64,000 nucleotides of DNA from Octopus vulgaris. Taxonomy: Eukaryota. How positions within the stretch are numbered: position 1 is the first letter of the stretch; the number at the start of each line of letters is the position of its first letter. Where the stretch lies: contig OX597832.1 in the NCBI GenBank assembly GCA_951406725.2, forward strand, positions 1,984,001 through 2,048,000, given 5' to 3'. The translations under genes and the position numbers were made by a program. Below, piece after piece: positions 1-12,306 of the stretch. The notes under the pieces are model-generated. The model worked only from the letters and a program-made list of their open reading frames with translations. It did not search any database and had not been told where the DNA came from.

Positions 1-261
1 AAGTGAATGTGATTTCATAAATTTAAGTTGTGTGTGCAGTATTTATATTTTAGCTTTCTTTAAACAGACAATATTTTAAGGTTTTTTAATTATTTTCAAG
101 TGAATGCCATTACAAACTTTTTTTTGCATATTTAAAAAATATTTTAAAGTGAAAATGACTTTAAAAATAAGGTCAATATTTCGTAAAAGACCAGTTCGTA
201 ACCTTGTGTGAAATAATTTTTTCCATAGGTTTTTCGAGTGCATTCAGCATATCTCACCTCC

Positions 262-373
262 AAAGATTTGGCTGCCATTTCTAGCACGCCCTACTACTAC
301 GTAGCTATTTGCGATAGAGGACCCGAAATACCTGTTACGTGGTAGCAGTCCGTGCAATAGCAGCCAAATCTTT
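262..373. repeat. Imperfect inverted repeat/hairpin (~40-bp arms) made of two head-to-head copies of an old dispersed repeat
   Basis: aaagatttggctgc...acgtagc (262-305) pairs with gttacgt...gcagccaaatcttt (334-373); a related 'tagaaatagcagcca' motif recurs near 13346, 22013 and 27760. Confidence 0.7.
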
Positions 374-498
374 CTTCTTCTGAGGAAAGGAGCCGTTTAC
401 GCGTGCTTTCGACGTCACATTCGTTGAAAGAATGCAAAATAACATGGAAAAAAAAAAACTCACGAAACAAAACCCAATTGCTGAGAAACTCAGACTTT

Positions 499-531
499 CC
501 CGGTGACCCAACGGGTCACGGGTACTCTAGT
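499..531 (+). mobile_element. Helitron-like 3' terminus
   Basis: GC-rich hairpin gtgaccc-aac-gggtcac (503-519) followed by CTAG|T (527-531); 5' end not identified. Confidence 0.45.
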
Positions 532-655
532 TAGTAGTAAAAATCACAATGAGAAGAATTCTAAAATTTTTTGGTCGTAGAAATTTGATAAAAAGCTAAA
601 ACTTCATAAAGCAAATATAAAACCACATTCTCTCCTTGTTTTTCTTTTCTGTGTC

Positions 656-693
656 TCTTTCTGTAGAAGAGCGTAGGCTCGAAACGTAAAAGA
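656..693 (+). ncRNA. Minimal type-I hammerhead ribozyme motif (A6->U core change) in a PLE pseudo-LTR-like segment (~625-783)
   Basis: TCTTT-CTGTAGA-A-GAGC-gtag-GCTC-GAAA-CG-TA-AAAGA: stem I TCTTT/AAAGA, stem II GAGC/GCTC, palindromic ACGT helix III. Confidence 0.65.
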
Positions 694-780
694 CTTTTTC
701 AATTCCTGAGCGTTATACTAATACATCTGTTTATTTTCTACAGCACCTGTCTTCGTCTTTGGTTTTTTTCGTAAACTCTC

Positions 781-783
<3 letters not shown>

Positions 784-815
<32 letters not shown>
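784..815. repeat. (TA)n microsatellite
   Basis: direct. Confidence 0.95.
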
Positions 816-818
<3 letters not shown>

Positions 819-2082
819 GTTGAAGAGTGTATTCGGGCTTGTGTTAGGAGACTTTTCGTAGATTTAGGCTGTCTCTTGCTTTTTATGATCGTGTGTGTTT
901 GGAGGATTGTGTTCATTCTGTTGTCTTTTTTTAGGAGGGGTATGTTGTGGAGGATGGTGCCGAAGGCTTCATTATTAAGAGGGTTGTGTGTGGAGATGTA
1001 TGGTAAGGCTTTTGGTCGTAAGTTTTTCTTTGATTTGGGATGTCTCAGTTCCTTGATGTTAAGTTGAATGCACATGTCAATAAGTGAAGGTGGGTAGTTC
1101 CTGGTGATAAGGGTATCTTTTAGTTCTTGTAGTCGTGTGTCTCTGGTGTTTGCATTAGAAACTATAGTGCATATCCTTTTTGCTAGATTGACGGGGATAT
1201 TCATCCTGGTGTGTCTGGGGTGGCATGAATTGAATGGAAGATATTGCTTAGAATCTGTAGGCTTATAATATATATCTGTTTCTATTACATTATTAGCTTT
1301 CTTAATGAGGATATCGAGGAAGGGGAGTTGTTGCTGGCTATATTCCATCGTGAATTGGATGTTTACGTCCAGTCCGTTTAAAATTTCTTGGAATTCTATG
1401 AGTTTTTCTATATTTTTATGCCAAAGAATGAAACAGTCATCTAGATATCTCTTCCAGTTGTTTTCTATGTAGATGGAGAAAGGGCTGCCATATCTTTCTA
1501 GAACCTTACGATACAGACTGATCTCTAGATATCCTATGACTAGGTTGGCAAAGGAGGGGGCCATTCGTGTACCCATCGCAGTCCCCGATTTTTGTCGGTA
1601 GAAGTTGTCTTTAAAGGCGAAGAAGTTATTTTCCAGGATGAATTTAACCCCTTCTATCACGAATTCTTTTTTGATGCGATGTGGTAGTTCGTTGGCGTTA
1701 TTCTCTAGCCAGAATTGGATTGCCTCTAGTCCTAGGTTGCGGGGGATATTGGAGTAGAGGTTGACTACATCGAAGGATACCAGTATGGTGTTTTTGTTTA
1801 TAGTATTCGGTAGGTGATTGAGCATATCCAAGTCGTCCCTTATATAGCTTTTGACATGTTTGAGGAGTGGTTTTAACAGGGTGTCTAAAAAGTTACTGAG
1901 GTGGTGGGTTTCGCATGCGGGACCTGCTATTATGGGTCTCAATTTGAGGTCATTAGGATTAGGGACTTTAATTATCTTGTCTGTAGCTATCTTGCATGCG
2001 TTGCTTATTTTCTCACTTTTGTGTATCTTAGGTATACCGTAGAATTGGCTGGTTTTACTTGTGAAATTGGTCATATAATCAT
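816..2082 (-). mobile_element. Penelope-like retroelement reverse transcriptase, truncated at both ends, open frame (~420 codons)
   Basis: Within ORF 731..2308: FYGIPKIHK, LRPII, SFDVVNLYSNIP, GTAMGTRMAPSFANL, WKRYLDDCFILW, LPFLDILI, YYKPTDSKQYL, SCHPRH; ends at (TA)n before the GIY-YIG domain. Confidence 0.93.
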
Positions 2083-2128
2083 ATTTCACAAGTAAAACCA
2101 TGCGATACACCATCTCTAGTAAGATTGT

Positions 2129-2141
2129 TATATTATTATTA

Positions 2142-2203
<62 letters not shown>
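2129..2203. repeat. (TTA)n microsatellite
   Basis: direct. Confidence 0.95.
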
Positions 2204-2612
2204 GAGTGAGAGAGCAGTGCATGCCATCAATGTGACACTGGAGTAAAATATACGAAACCCAGTATACCCATCATGACTACCCGTCTGATAAGGGTATACC
2301 AGGTACATGCATCACAACTATATGTGCACGATATGGTGATCTCAAATCAAGATAAACAGTGCATGACCTTGCAGGTGGGGCCCAGTTAGAATTTTCTTGA
2401 ATAAGGGTTGTTTAACAATGTTGAATGAAACACCCATGTTTCCAAAGGTGAATTATCCAATCCCCAAATAATTCCTCTCAACACATGGCTACTTCTGCTC
2501 ATGATCAGAGATGCACATATCGTCAGACACTAAGGAACATGCTCAACTGGTTAGGGTCAAACAACTGACAAGCAAATCTGTTATATTTGAGTAGAATATT
2601 TGCAGTAGGGCA
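2203..2612 (-). mobile_element. Partial copy of ~550-bp non-coding (TAA)n-associated element ('element B')
   Basis: gagtgagagagcagtgcatgccatcaa...gactacccgtctgataag... closely matches 54537-54995 and 55071-55620. Confidence 0.85.
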
Positions 2613-2614
2613 TG

Positions 2615-2713
2615 TTTTATTATTATTGTTGTTGTTGGTGGTGGTGGTGGTTGTGGTGGTGGTAATGATGGTGGTGGTGGTGGAGGTGGTGGTGGTGGTT
2701 GTCATTATTGTTG

Positions 2714-2798
<85 letters not shown>

Positions 2799-2813
2799 AT
2801 TATTATTATTATT
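2615..2813. repeat. Compound (TTG)/(GGT)/(TTA)/(TCA) microsatellite
   Basis: direct. Confidence 0.9.
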
Positions 2814-3452
2814 AAGACAATGAGCTGGCAGAATCGTTAGCACGCCGGGCAAAATGCTTAGCGATATTTCCTCTGCCGCTTCGTTCTGAGTTCAAATTCC
2901 GCCGAGGTCGACTTTGCCTTTCATCGTTTCGGGATCGATTAAATAAGTACCAGTTACGCACTGGAGTCGATATAATCGACTTAATCCGTTTGTCTGTCCT
3001 TGCTTGTCCTCTCTGTGTTTAGCCCCTTGTGGATAGTAAAGAAATAGGTATTTCGTCCGTCGCTACGTTCTGAGTTCAAATTCCACCGAGGTCGACTTTG
3101 CTTTTCATCCTTTCGGGTTCAATATATTATGTACCAGTGAAACACGGCCTCGATGTAATCGACTAGTCACCTCCCTCAAATTTCAAGCCTTGTACCTTTA
3201 GTAGAAAGGATTATTATTATTACTATTTTTAGAGCGGCGAGCTGGCAGAATCGTTAGAACGCCGGGAAAAATACTTGGCGGCATTTCGTCCGTCTTTATT
3301 TTCTAAGTCCAAATTCTGCAGAGCTCGATTATACATTTCACCCTTTCGAGGGTAGTTAAAATAAAGTAGTAGTCAAGTATTGGAGTTCGATGTAATTAAC
3401 TCGCCCCTCCTCAAAAATCTCAGGTCTTGTGCCTATAGTAGAAAAGATTATT
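2814..3452 (+). mobile_element. Three tandem copies of a tRNA-related Nin-domain SINE ('SINE1')
   Basis: gagctggcagaatcgttag (A-box-like), gagttcaaattcc (B-box-like), Nin-like gcctttcatcctttcggggtcgat..taagtacc; copies at ~2814-3047, 3046-3215 (5' truncated) and 3231-3452; tails end in (ATT)n. Confidence 0.88.
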
Positions 3453-3471
3453 ACTGTTGTTGTTGTTGCTG

Positions 3472-3533
<62 letters not shown>

Positions 3534-4026
3534 TCTTTACTTCTTTGAAAATTATCTCATGAAGAAATATAATCTGCATGAATGTGTTTTGAACTGCTTT
3601 ATTTCATAGATAACAACCATTGATGAATACTGATAAAAGAAATATATTTTATTTAGATTTTTAAGTTTCTCTATTATTCATTGTTAAATATAAATCTCTT
3701 TAGAGCAGGCTGAGAATTATTGTTTTGGCTTTGCACAATGTGTTTGCAAAAACATAAAAGCAAAATAGATTAAAACATTTATCTTATCCAGTCAATACAT
3801 TTAAATATAATAGATTGACTTTTTGGCTGTAATCCTAAGACTTGCGGAAGAATAAATAAAAAATTTTTTTAATGTATTTCAAAGATTGTCAAATACAAAA
3901 ATGGTGCTTTAACTGAGTGTAAGATCAAGAGCTTTTGAATTTATACTATGGTAGTTCATAGTTAGTGAAAATAGCTTAATATATTTATCGGCGCCATTAT
4001 AGACTCCAATATTTGAAATGTGTTAT

Positions 4027-4189
4027 AGGCGCAGGAGTGGCTGTGTGGTAAGTAGCTTGCTTACCAACCACATGGTTCCGAGTTCAGTCCCACTGCATGG
4101 CACCTTGGATAAGTGTCTTCTACTATAGCCTCAGGCCGACCAAAGCCTTGTGAGTGGATTTGGTAGACAGAAACTGAAAAAAGCCCGTC

Positions 4190-4276
<87 letters not shown>

Positions 4277-4479
4277 TGTGTCTGTGTTTGTCCCCCCAAC
4301 ATCGCTTGACAACCGATGCTGGTGTGTTTACGTCCCCGTAACTTAGCGTTTCGGCAAGAGACCGATAGAATAAGTACTAGGCTTACAAAAATAAGTCCTG
4401 GGGTCGATTGTCTCGACTAAAGGCAGTGCTCCAGCATGGCCGCAGTCAAATGACTGAAACAAGTAAAAGAGTAAAAGAG
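4027..4479 (+). mobile_element. tRNA-derived SINE ('SINE2') with internal (TG)n
   Basis: gtggctgtgtggtaag A-box, gagttcagtccc B-box, tail gtaaaagagtaaaagag; second copy at 36393-36853. Confidence 0.9.
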
Positions 4480-5047
4480 CCTGCACAATAGAACATGTAG
4501 CATAAACTGCCGAAGCCAAATACGGTAAATTGCACATTGGCACACAATATGAAACATGAAATCAAGGAGTCATTGAGTAGTGAAGGATGTTTTGGGTGAT
4601 AATCTCCCATTTAATATCACTCATTCCTCATAGCTGAAGTTTCTGTTCACTGTTAATACTCTGAAGAAATTTAGGCTTTGCTTGGCTGACTTCCTTCATT
4701 GTAGACTTCACGTAGCTCTCAGTGATGACACGTACACTCATTGTAAATTATTTTCATCCGATACACAGGTTACTCGCTCAGTTTTAGTTTATAAATACGA
4801 TAGTAAAGATAATTAAAAACATAAAATCTATTTCTTTCTCTTTGTTTATAAACATCAATCAAGCGTTTTATAAATATTACGTCTAAAGTATCGCAAACAT
4901 ATCTTCCTATGCAAATAGTTGCCAAATTTGTAAGCGACCTTATTTGAATAGTATTTCAGAGCTTCAGGGCTGCATTGTAACGGAGATATAAGGAAAATAT
5001 ATGAAATCATTATTCAAATATCAACAGACATATGGTTACGCAAAAAA

Positions 5048-5048
<1 letters not shown>

Positions 5049-5111
<63 letters not shown>

Positions 5112-5135
5112 GCGTGTGTGTGTGTGTGCGTGCGC
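5049..5135. repeat. (TG)n microsatellite
   Basis: direct. Confidence 0.95.
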
Positions 5136-5999
5136 GCTTATATGCATATTAGTGTAATGAGTATTTTTTTTTTTTTTAAATTGCAAACAAAATAAGAAAT
5201 TGCAATAATTGTGCGTAGCAAAGCTTAATCAAATAAATGATATTTTTCATGCTACTTCGGAATTATGAAAGGAAAAGTTAACCAATGCTGTATTTGAATT
5301 CAGAATTTTAAAAAGATAGCTATCAATTACAGAACAGTTATTCTACCATTTTTTAAAATTTCGCTGTCTTAAACAAATAATGATAACGATTAACATTATC
5401 ATTATCATCACCTTCATCATCTTAATCATCGACATTATCATCACTATCATCAACTTCCTCCTCATCGTAGTCGTCGTTGTTGTTGATGTCTAGCAAGATA
5501 CGTTGTTGTGCCAACTTCCTAAAAAGCTGGCGGGTTTTCGGCACTTTTGAGTGCATTTAGTTTGTAAAAACAATCTTGCCTATTTTTAAAAAAAAGACAA
5601 GGCGTCGAAGACGTGGGTAATAATGGCTGTTGGAACAGCAGCTATGTACAGAATTTTTCATACCTTCTTTCTACCACCACTGGGAACGCAAGTGATCGTA
5701 ATAGCAACACCAGTAACAAAACAACATCAATGAAAAAAGTCAAAAAGTAGAAAAATTCTGAGTAACCCCTGCAATTAGTAATTAGTAAGAGTAGCAAAAG
5801 CAACAATGACAACCAGAGCAAAGAGCATTGAAACAAACATCATCACCAACATACGCATTAATACTAATACCATTGGTAAAGACAATACTGCAGCTATCAA
5901 ACTAATTGCTAACCTTTTCCCTAATGCTCGGCCGAATAACGCGAAAACTTTCCCCTGTAAGATGGTAAGGTTAGTGTCCTTACAAATGCCTTAGCAGAT

Positions 6000-6510
6000 C
6001 ACATTAGAGACCCATAATAAAATAATCATATTTAAGTGTATAGGATGAAAATGCAGACGTATAATGTGAGTGACACATGCTCCTGTTTAAGAATGTCAAC
6101 AACAAATCTGAGACATCAAAACCTCCATTACTTTAAGAGAAAAGGGTTTACACAGTTCTGGTGAGATTTCTGATCGAGATGGAGATCAGGAAGCAATCAG
6201 TAACATCCCTGAAGGGTGGCAAACTGGTCGTCATACCAACCTTCATCAGCTGAAGTATGGAGAGAATAAAGGTGGTTAATGTATCATCAGATGTATTTTG
6301 CTGATCCGTAGCAGCCGTATTGCTAAATATAGAAGAGAAAGTGGCCATATTACATATCTGCAAGCTATGGAAGGAAGCAAGGAAACCATTCCTGATCTGA
6401 TCAATCTGCCAGGTGCCTTGGAAGTGTTCGTAGTTAATGAAAACGGATGTCGATGGAGCCCTTATTTTGTGACGCAAACCATCTAAAGGTTAACTGTCCC
6501 ACAACAAACG
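6000..6510 (+). pseudogene. Probable decayed non-LTR ORF1 (gag-like) remnant
   Basis: IPDLINLPGALEVFVV followed, after a frameshift, by ..DANHLKVNCP (zinc-knuckle end); similar layout to 62370-62500. Confidence 0.35.
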
Positions 6511-9111
6511 AGCGAAAGGAAAACCAAAAGAGCTGCAAGATCAATAACAAAAACCAACAATAGCACCAACAGCAACAACAGCGACAACAACGACAGTAGC
6601 ACCAAAAGTGGCAACAAAAATCATCTAGAACAACAGCAAACACAAACACGAAGCTCAGAACAGCATCGCCAACGCCACCACAACCAAAACAGACCCTTCC
6701 TACATCAGTCCACCAGAACATAAGCATGCACACATATACGCTCATACGCGCAAACATAAATCTCCATCTGCCACCGAATTCGACTGAACTTTGTTGGGGG
6801 CGGAAAATGAAACCAAAAGACTGGATATGAAGATACAGAACCTGACAAATAAGGACACCATCAACACCATTGCAAGCACAACAACCATCAGTACCACAGA
6901 ACAAACAATCACAAGTACACTAACAACAATAGGAATAAACAAATATAACAGGTTCACCCAAACTTACACAAAAACGCCATGGAACAACTTCAAGGGTCTA
7001 GCACTATTAACAGCCGAAAGCGATCATCAAACAAGTTTGATATCCCGATTTCTTCTCCTCAGCTGACCAGTGATGGAATCTCAGAACTGAATTCCAGATC
7101 TGACGAGACACTGTCAATCAGCCACATACAACAATTACCACTATAACCACACACACATAATCAGTAACAGAAAACCCACGAGTACAACAACTGTAGTAAA
7201 CCTAACAAGAACATAGAAAACAGCATCGCAACTGCAACAACATCAAAGAAAGTTCACATGGACAACGACTACAGCAACGATATCCAAAAAACAATGTTAA
7301 AATGACAAGAGTAGCAGCAACACCAACGGCCAAATACAACAATCCTCCTCGTCTTCACTTTTGTACGAAAGGGCAAACAATAAAATACACAGAAAAGGAA
7401 AAGCATCAGTAGTTTTAGGATGAGTAGATCATCCTAAAGACACTGGATGTTACTCTTCTAATGCACCAGAAGTTTAGGTGAATTTTCACATGATGAGGGG
7501 AGAAAAAAACTAATAAGAATTCTAAGGTCCTCTTCTCCAACCAGAAAACTTATTTACCCGTTATTCGAGACCAAAGTACATGAACTCAGGTCACTAAATA
7601 TAAATGTGGTAACCATCGATGAAACAAAAATTTCCGACATGCGATCATCTGTGCTTCTGAATAAATACGAGGCATAAATGGCTTTCGTTCGGCCTGTATC
7701 GAGCAATGTTTCAGAGTTATTTCAGGAAAAGTCTGGATCTTTCTGGACACAGCTGATATATTGATGGTTCTGGACGTGAACAGTAACGATGAAGCTGTTA
7801 CAGTCAGATTAAGGAATATTTCTATTCCAAATGAGGCAGAGCAGCGAAACTTCTTCAAGTACCCAGAAGTATTTTGAAGAATGTCTCTGTCTTACGCTCG
7901 GTAGTGCGAAAGGTCACTGGATGGCATTTTGGGTGCACATAAGTTTCTGTCAGAGTAGATGGAGACTGGATGCGGAAAAGCCACGGTAACTCGCTGAAAC
8001 ATTGTGTTCGATCAGGGCCGATTAAGTTTTTCGGATATGTTAATGTGACTTTCGACATACCGCATATAAAGATAGCAGTAATTTTGACTAATCGGCTAAA
8101 TAGAAAACCGACTTGTGATCTGTGTGGTAATCTTTTGTAAGACGCATAGACAGGGTCTCGATTACTGGAAGCTAAAAACATCGTTCCTGACTTGAACTAG
8201 TTAACTTTTATTGGTTTATATCAGGATACAGTTAGTAATATTTATTTCATCTGTAGCCGATCGAAAATTTGATTCCAATCAAGAAATTCTTCATAAACAA
8301 TAACCGGGGTTTTAGGTAAAACTTTAAACAATAAATGCGTATGTAAACAACTATACTTTTGAATGATGATACAATCACAGGTCTGTCCAATTGGATTTGC
8401 TCTCGAACGAATAGGAAGAGACCTGATCTGAAGAGAAGGACAGACGGACACACGGAACCAGAAAAGACAGAGAACTTGGTGATGTTCCGATTCAGTTTTC
8501 GCTCGTCGCTACAGCACAAACCACTAAACTGCTACTGACTTAACAATTAGCCTGTAACAGGAGACATGCATTCATTCACGCATCTTCTTTCCTCTCATAT
8601 ACTCTATATCTCTCTTATCTACACATAGTCACAGGAGATATCCAGCTACATAAATAGAATTTACTATTATCACTTTGCCATCCCTCATTAGATGGTCGTA
8701 TACAATACAATCTTTTAACAACACATATGATGACTCAAAAACAAAGACTACACTTATCATTCATCCAACTTCCCATCCATCGCATCGTTAATGTACAGTC
8801 ATGGCCAATGATTTTGGCAAACATCCTTTCTTTGCTGTTTTGTGTGGCATATCATGTGAATGTTAATGATTTAATATTATTTTAACATATTATCTGTTAT
8901 CTAATAAGATTTGAAAGAAAAATTGTTGAAAACTAATAGATATTGCAAATAATCATCAGTTTGCAGAATTGGTTATATTTCCTACAAGTGGAAATCACAC
9001 TCCTCTTCATGATTTCATGATGGAATCGCATGCAAACTAATCTCTTATGATAAAAGGCAGATTTTCTCTGCCTGTGACTATGTTTGTTTTTAATACAATT
9101 GTACAATATAG

Positions 9112-9800
9112 AATTTATTCAATTGGATTTTACCTATGATTTTTCGAAGTAGATTCGATTGGGTCATGGCATATAAATGTTTTTCAATTTGACTCCCAAT
9201 TAAGCAAAAATTCGAGAAAACTAAATATTTTACGATTTCCCTCTCTCATTTCAACTGCTTCACTCCTTCTATTACCACACTTTCTCCTACTTTCTCTTTG
9301 CAAGTGTACCTTAAACCACTACTCAAAAAAATACAGACGAAACAGAAACAAATAAATACATAACGATTTACTCCTCACACAATTTCTTCAATTGGAATTT
9401 ACCTATGATTTTTCGAAGTACATTCCATTGGGTCATGGCATATAAATTTCTTTCAATTTGACCCCCAATTAAGCAAAAATTCGAGAAAACTTAATATTTT
9501 ACGATTTCCCTCTCTCATTTCAAATGCTTTACTCCTTCTATTACCACACTTTCTCCTACTTTCTCTTTGCAAGTGTACCTTAAACCACTACTCAAAAAAA
9601 ATACAGACAGGAAACAGAGACAAAAATTAATACATAACGATTTACTCCTCACACACACACATAGACACGCAAACATATACATATACTTTCTCTTTGCAAA
9701 CCACTCCTCAACCAAAAAAAAAACAGAGGAAACAGAAGCAAATAAATACATAACGATTTACTCCTCACACACAGACATAGACATGCAAACATATACATAT
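9112..9800. repeat. Tandem duplication of a ~270-bp unit plus a partial third copy
   Basis: aatttattcaattggattttacctatg...tttactcctcacac at 9112-9380 and again at 9381-9655; 3' part repeated at ~9684-9800. Confidence 0.9.
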
Positions 9801-10309
9801 ATGACAGTGACAAACACAAACGTTTCAAACAACTACATACAAACACTCAAACACACACACACACACGTGTGTGTTTGTTATTAGTAAAAGACACGCCAAA
9901 CACAATTCACTTTCTCATTAGAACACATTTGCAAACACACACCAACAATTCACTGACATATGGTGAGTAGATGCTAGCCGCTCACATTATGAGTTACACT
10001 ATTACATCAATTGTATTGGAACTGTTGTCTACTTCCCGTTAGTTTTTAGTGTCGAGGAAACAAAACTTTCTCGAGAAATAAGAAGAAAAAGAACACTCCT
10101 AGATTTCACAAAGGACTTTAAGAAACGATAGGAACTAAGTTCAGTTGAAGAAAAGAGACGGATTTAAGGAAATCAGACGGTCAAATTGCCATGATAACTC
10201 AACAGAAAATTCGTTTTTAATTTACTTTCTGTCGCTAAGTTTTCGTAGTATTAATTTGCGAGCGTACTTCAGTTGTCAATTGTTGAAAGAAAGAAATTGT
10301 AAGCTAAGA

Positions 10310-10311
<2 letters not shown>

Positions 10312-10401
<90 letters not shown>

Positions 10402-10515
10402 GTGGCTGTGTGTGTGTGAGTGTGTGTGTGTGTGTAGGAAGTGAAGGATAAAAATATGGCAAGAAGTGGACAGATGTACCTATATACATACATACATACA
10501 TCCATACATACATAC

Positions 10516-10547
<32 letters not shown>

Positions 10548-10565
10548 GTATTAATGTGTGTGTGT
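10312..10565. repeat. (TG)n/(CATA)n microsatellite cluster
   Basis: direct. Confidence 0.9.
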
Positions 10566-10567
10566 TA

Positions 10568-10958
10568 TCTCTCTCTATATAAAGCTGAAGTTGTCTGTGT
10601 GCGCCAGGTTTGGTAGCCTTCAACTAACACTATCTCCTCCGAGACCCTGCGGCGCAAGTTGACCAATATTGAGAGTATGATAGAAGAAGGCTTGCTCTTC
10701 CTTCCGTAGAAGATAAGATTCAAATCGGACCATGTTAACACCAAAAATTATTTACATCAAAAAGGTGATTTTTTCTATGAAAATCCCTATTTTTTACGAT
10801 TTTTTCACTGCTGTGTCGCCACTTTTCGGTGTATTTCAACCAGAAAAATGTTCACTTGAAGAGAATAACAAGCTACATAATGCAAAATTTTTACTTTTCA
10901 AAAATTCCAATTCCAGCGGGTCGAAACAAACCCGAGCAACGCCGGGCGATACTGCTAG
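10568..10958 (+). mobile_element. Non-autonomous Helitron (~390 bp)
   Basis: A|TC start (tctctctctatataaagctgaagttgtctg), 3' hairpin cccgagc-aac-gccggg (10931-10946), then CTAG|T; sits between A and T with no TSD. Confidence 0.75.
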
Positions 10959-11093
10959 TAATTAATAGCCAGAACAGTAAGTAAAGTTATGTATGATGTC
11001 ATAAGCCTTTTATGAATGATTTTTAATTAATGAATGCTCTTTTTCCTCACAAAAATTTCAAATTTTATTTTCTTTTATTGTAGGGATGGTATT

Positions 11094-11302
11094 TTTTACT
11101 CTAGGTACAAAGCCCGAAATTTTGGGGGAGGGGCCAGTCGATTAGATCTACCCCAGTATGCAACTGGTACTTAATTTATCGACCCCGACAGGATGAAAGA
11201 CAAAGTCGACCTCGGCGGAATTTGAACTCAGAACGTAAAGACAGACGAAATACCGCTAAGCATCTCGCCCGGCATGCTAACGTTTCTGCCGGCTCGCCGC
11301 CA
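11094..11302 (-). mobile_element. SINE1 insertion with 18-bp TSD
   Basis: TSD tattgtagggatggtatt at 11076-11093 and 11303-11320. Confidence 0.92.
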
Positions 11303-11312
11303 TATTGTAGGG

Positions 11313-12306
11313 ATGGTATTGGCACAAGAAAAGCTTCAGTCAATAATTTCTTTCCAACAAAAACAGGATATTGTTGCTAAAGGCAGTGCACCTGAAAGAA
11401 CTGTGTACACGATTATAAACCTTTCAAAGAGACCGGATCTATGACGGTGAAGAAGGCCCCTGGTCGTCAACATCTGTCCTCTGACAGCTAAGACAGAGCT
11501 TTGGTGAGAAATTCATTGAAGAATCAAAGTGTCGGTAGCAAATAGCTTGCTAAAGAGTGAGAATTAGCCGGTATCAGCGCTTCAGCTCGGCCTGTGCGAC
11601 GACGACTTCTTGACAATGGTCTCGCTTCATAGAATACTACAAAGAAACTTTTTTGTCCAAGAAAAATGTGAAGGACAGGTTTGCCTTTTGCAGAAAATGT
11701 AAAAAGTGGTCTAGTGAACAATGGGGAAAAGTGATATTTTCTGATGAAGCACCATTTCAATTGTTTGGGACATCTGGAAAAAGGCTCGTCAGAAGGCGAT
11801 AAGGTGAATGCTATGATTTGGCATGTATCGTGCCCACACGGTCAAGCATCCAGAAACCATTCATGTGTGAGGTTGCTTTTCATCCAAGGGCGTTGGATCA
11901 CTGTCTGTTTTGCCGAAAAACACTTCTATGAATTCCATATGGTACCAAAATATTCTTGAAAACCATCTCCTTCCAAACATTGAGAGGTAGTTTGGCGAAG
12001 AAACTTTCATTTTCCAACAAGATGGAACACCTTGCCACACTGCTAAAAATATTTTAAAAAGTATCTTGAAGATAAATGTATTGACATTTTGGAGCCTTGG
12101 CCGGGGAATTCTCCAGATTTAAATCATATTGAAAGTTTTTGGTCCATCCTTAAAATCCGAGTTGACAGAAAAGCCAACAAATATTGAACAGTTGAAAGCT
12201 CTCGTACAGCAAAAATAGAAGTTTGTAAACATAGAACTGACTCAATCATCGGTTTCCAGCATGCCTAAACGAACCATGGACGTCTCGAAAATAGGGGTCG
12301 CCACTG
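11313..12306 (+). mobile_element. Decayed Tc1-family transposase
   Basis: Frameshifted motifs ETGS..KKAPGRQ, WGKVIFSDEA, FIFQQDGTPCHTAK, WPGNSPDLNHIESFWSILK (DDE triad). Confidence 0.9.

Noticed and set aside
731-2308. 525-aa ORF as a real gene
   Set aside because: Chance fusion: the N-terminus is element B plus (AAT)n poly-Asn and the C-terminus is (TA)n; only ~816-2082 is Penelope RT.
9112-9800. CRISPR-like array
   Set aside because: Long tandem units with no repeat-spacer alternation; eukaryotic context; no cas genes.
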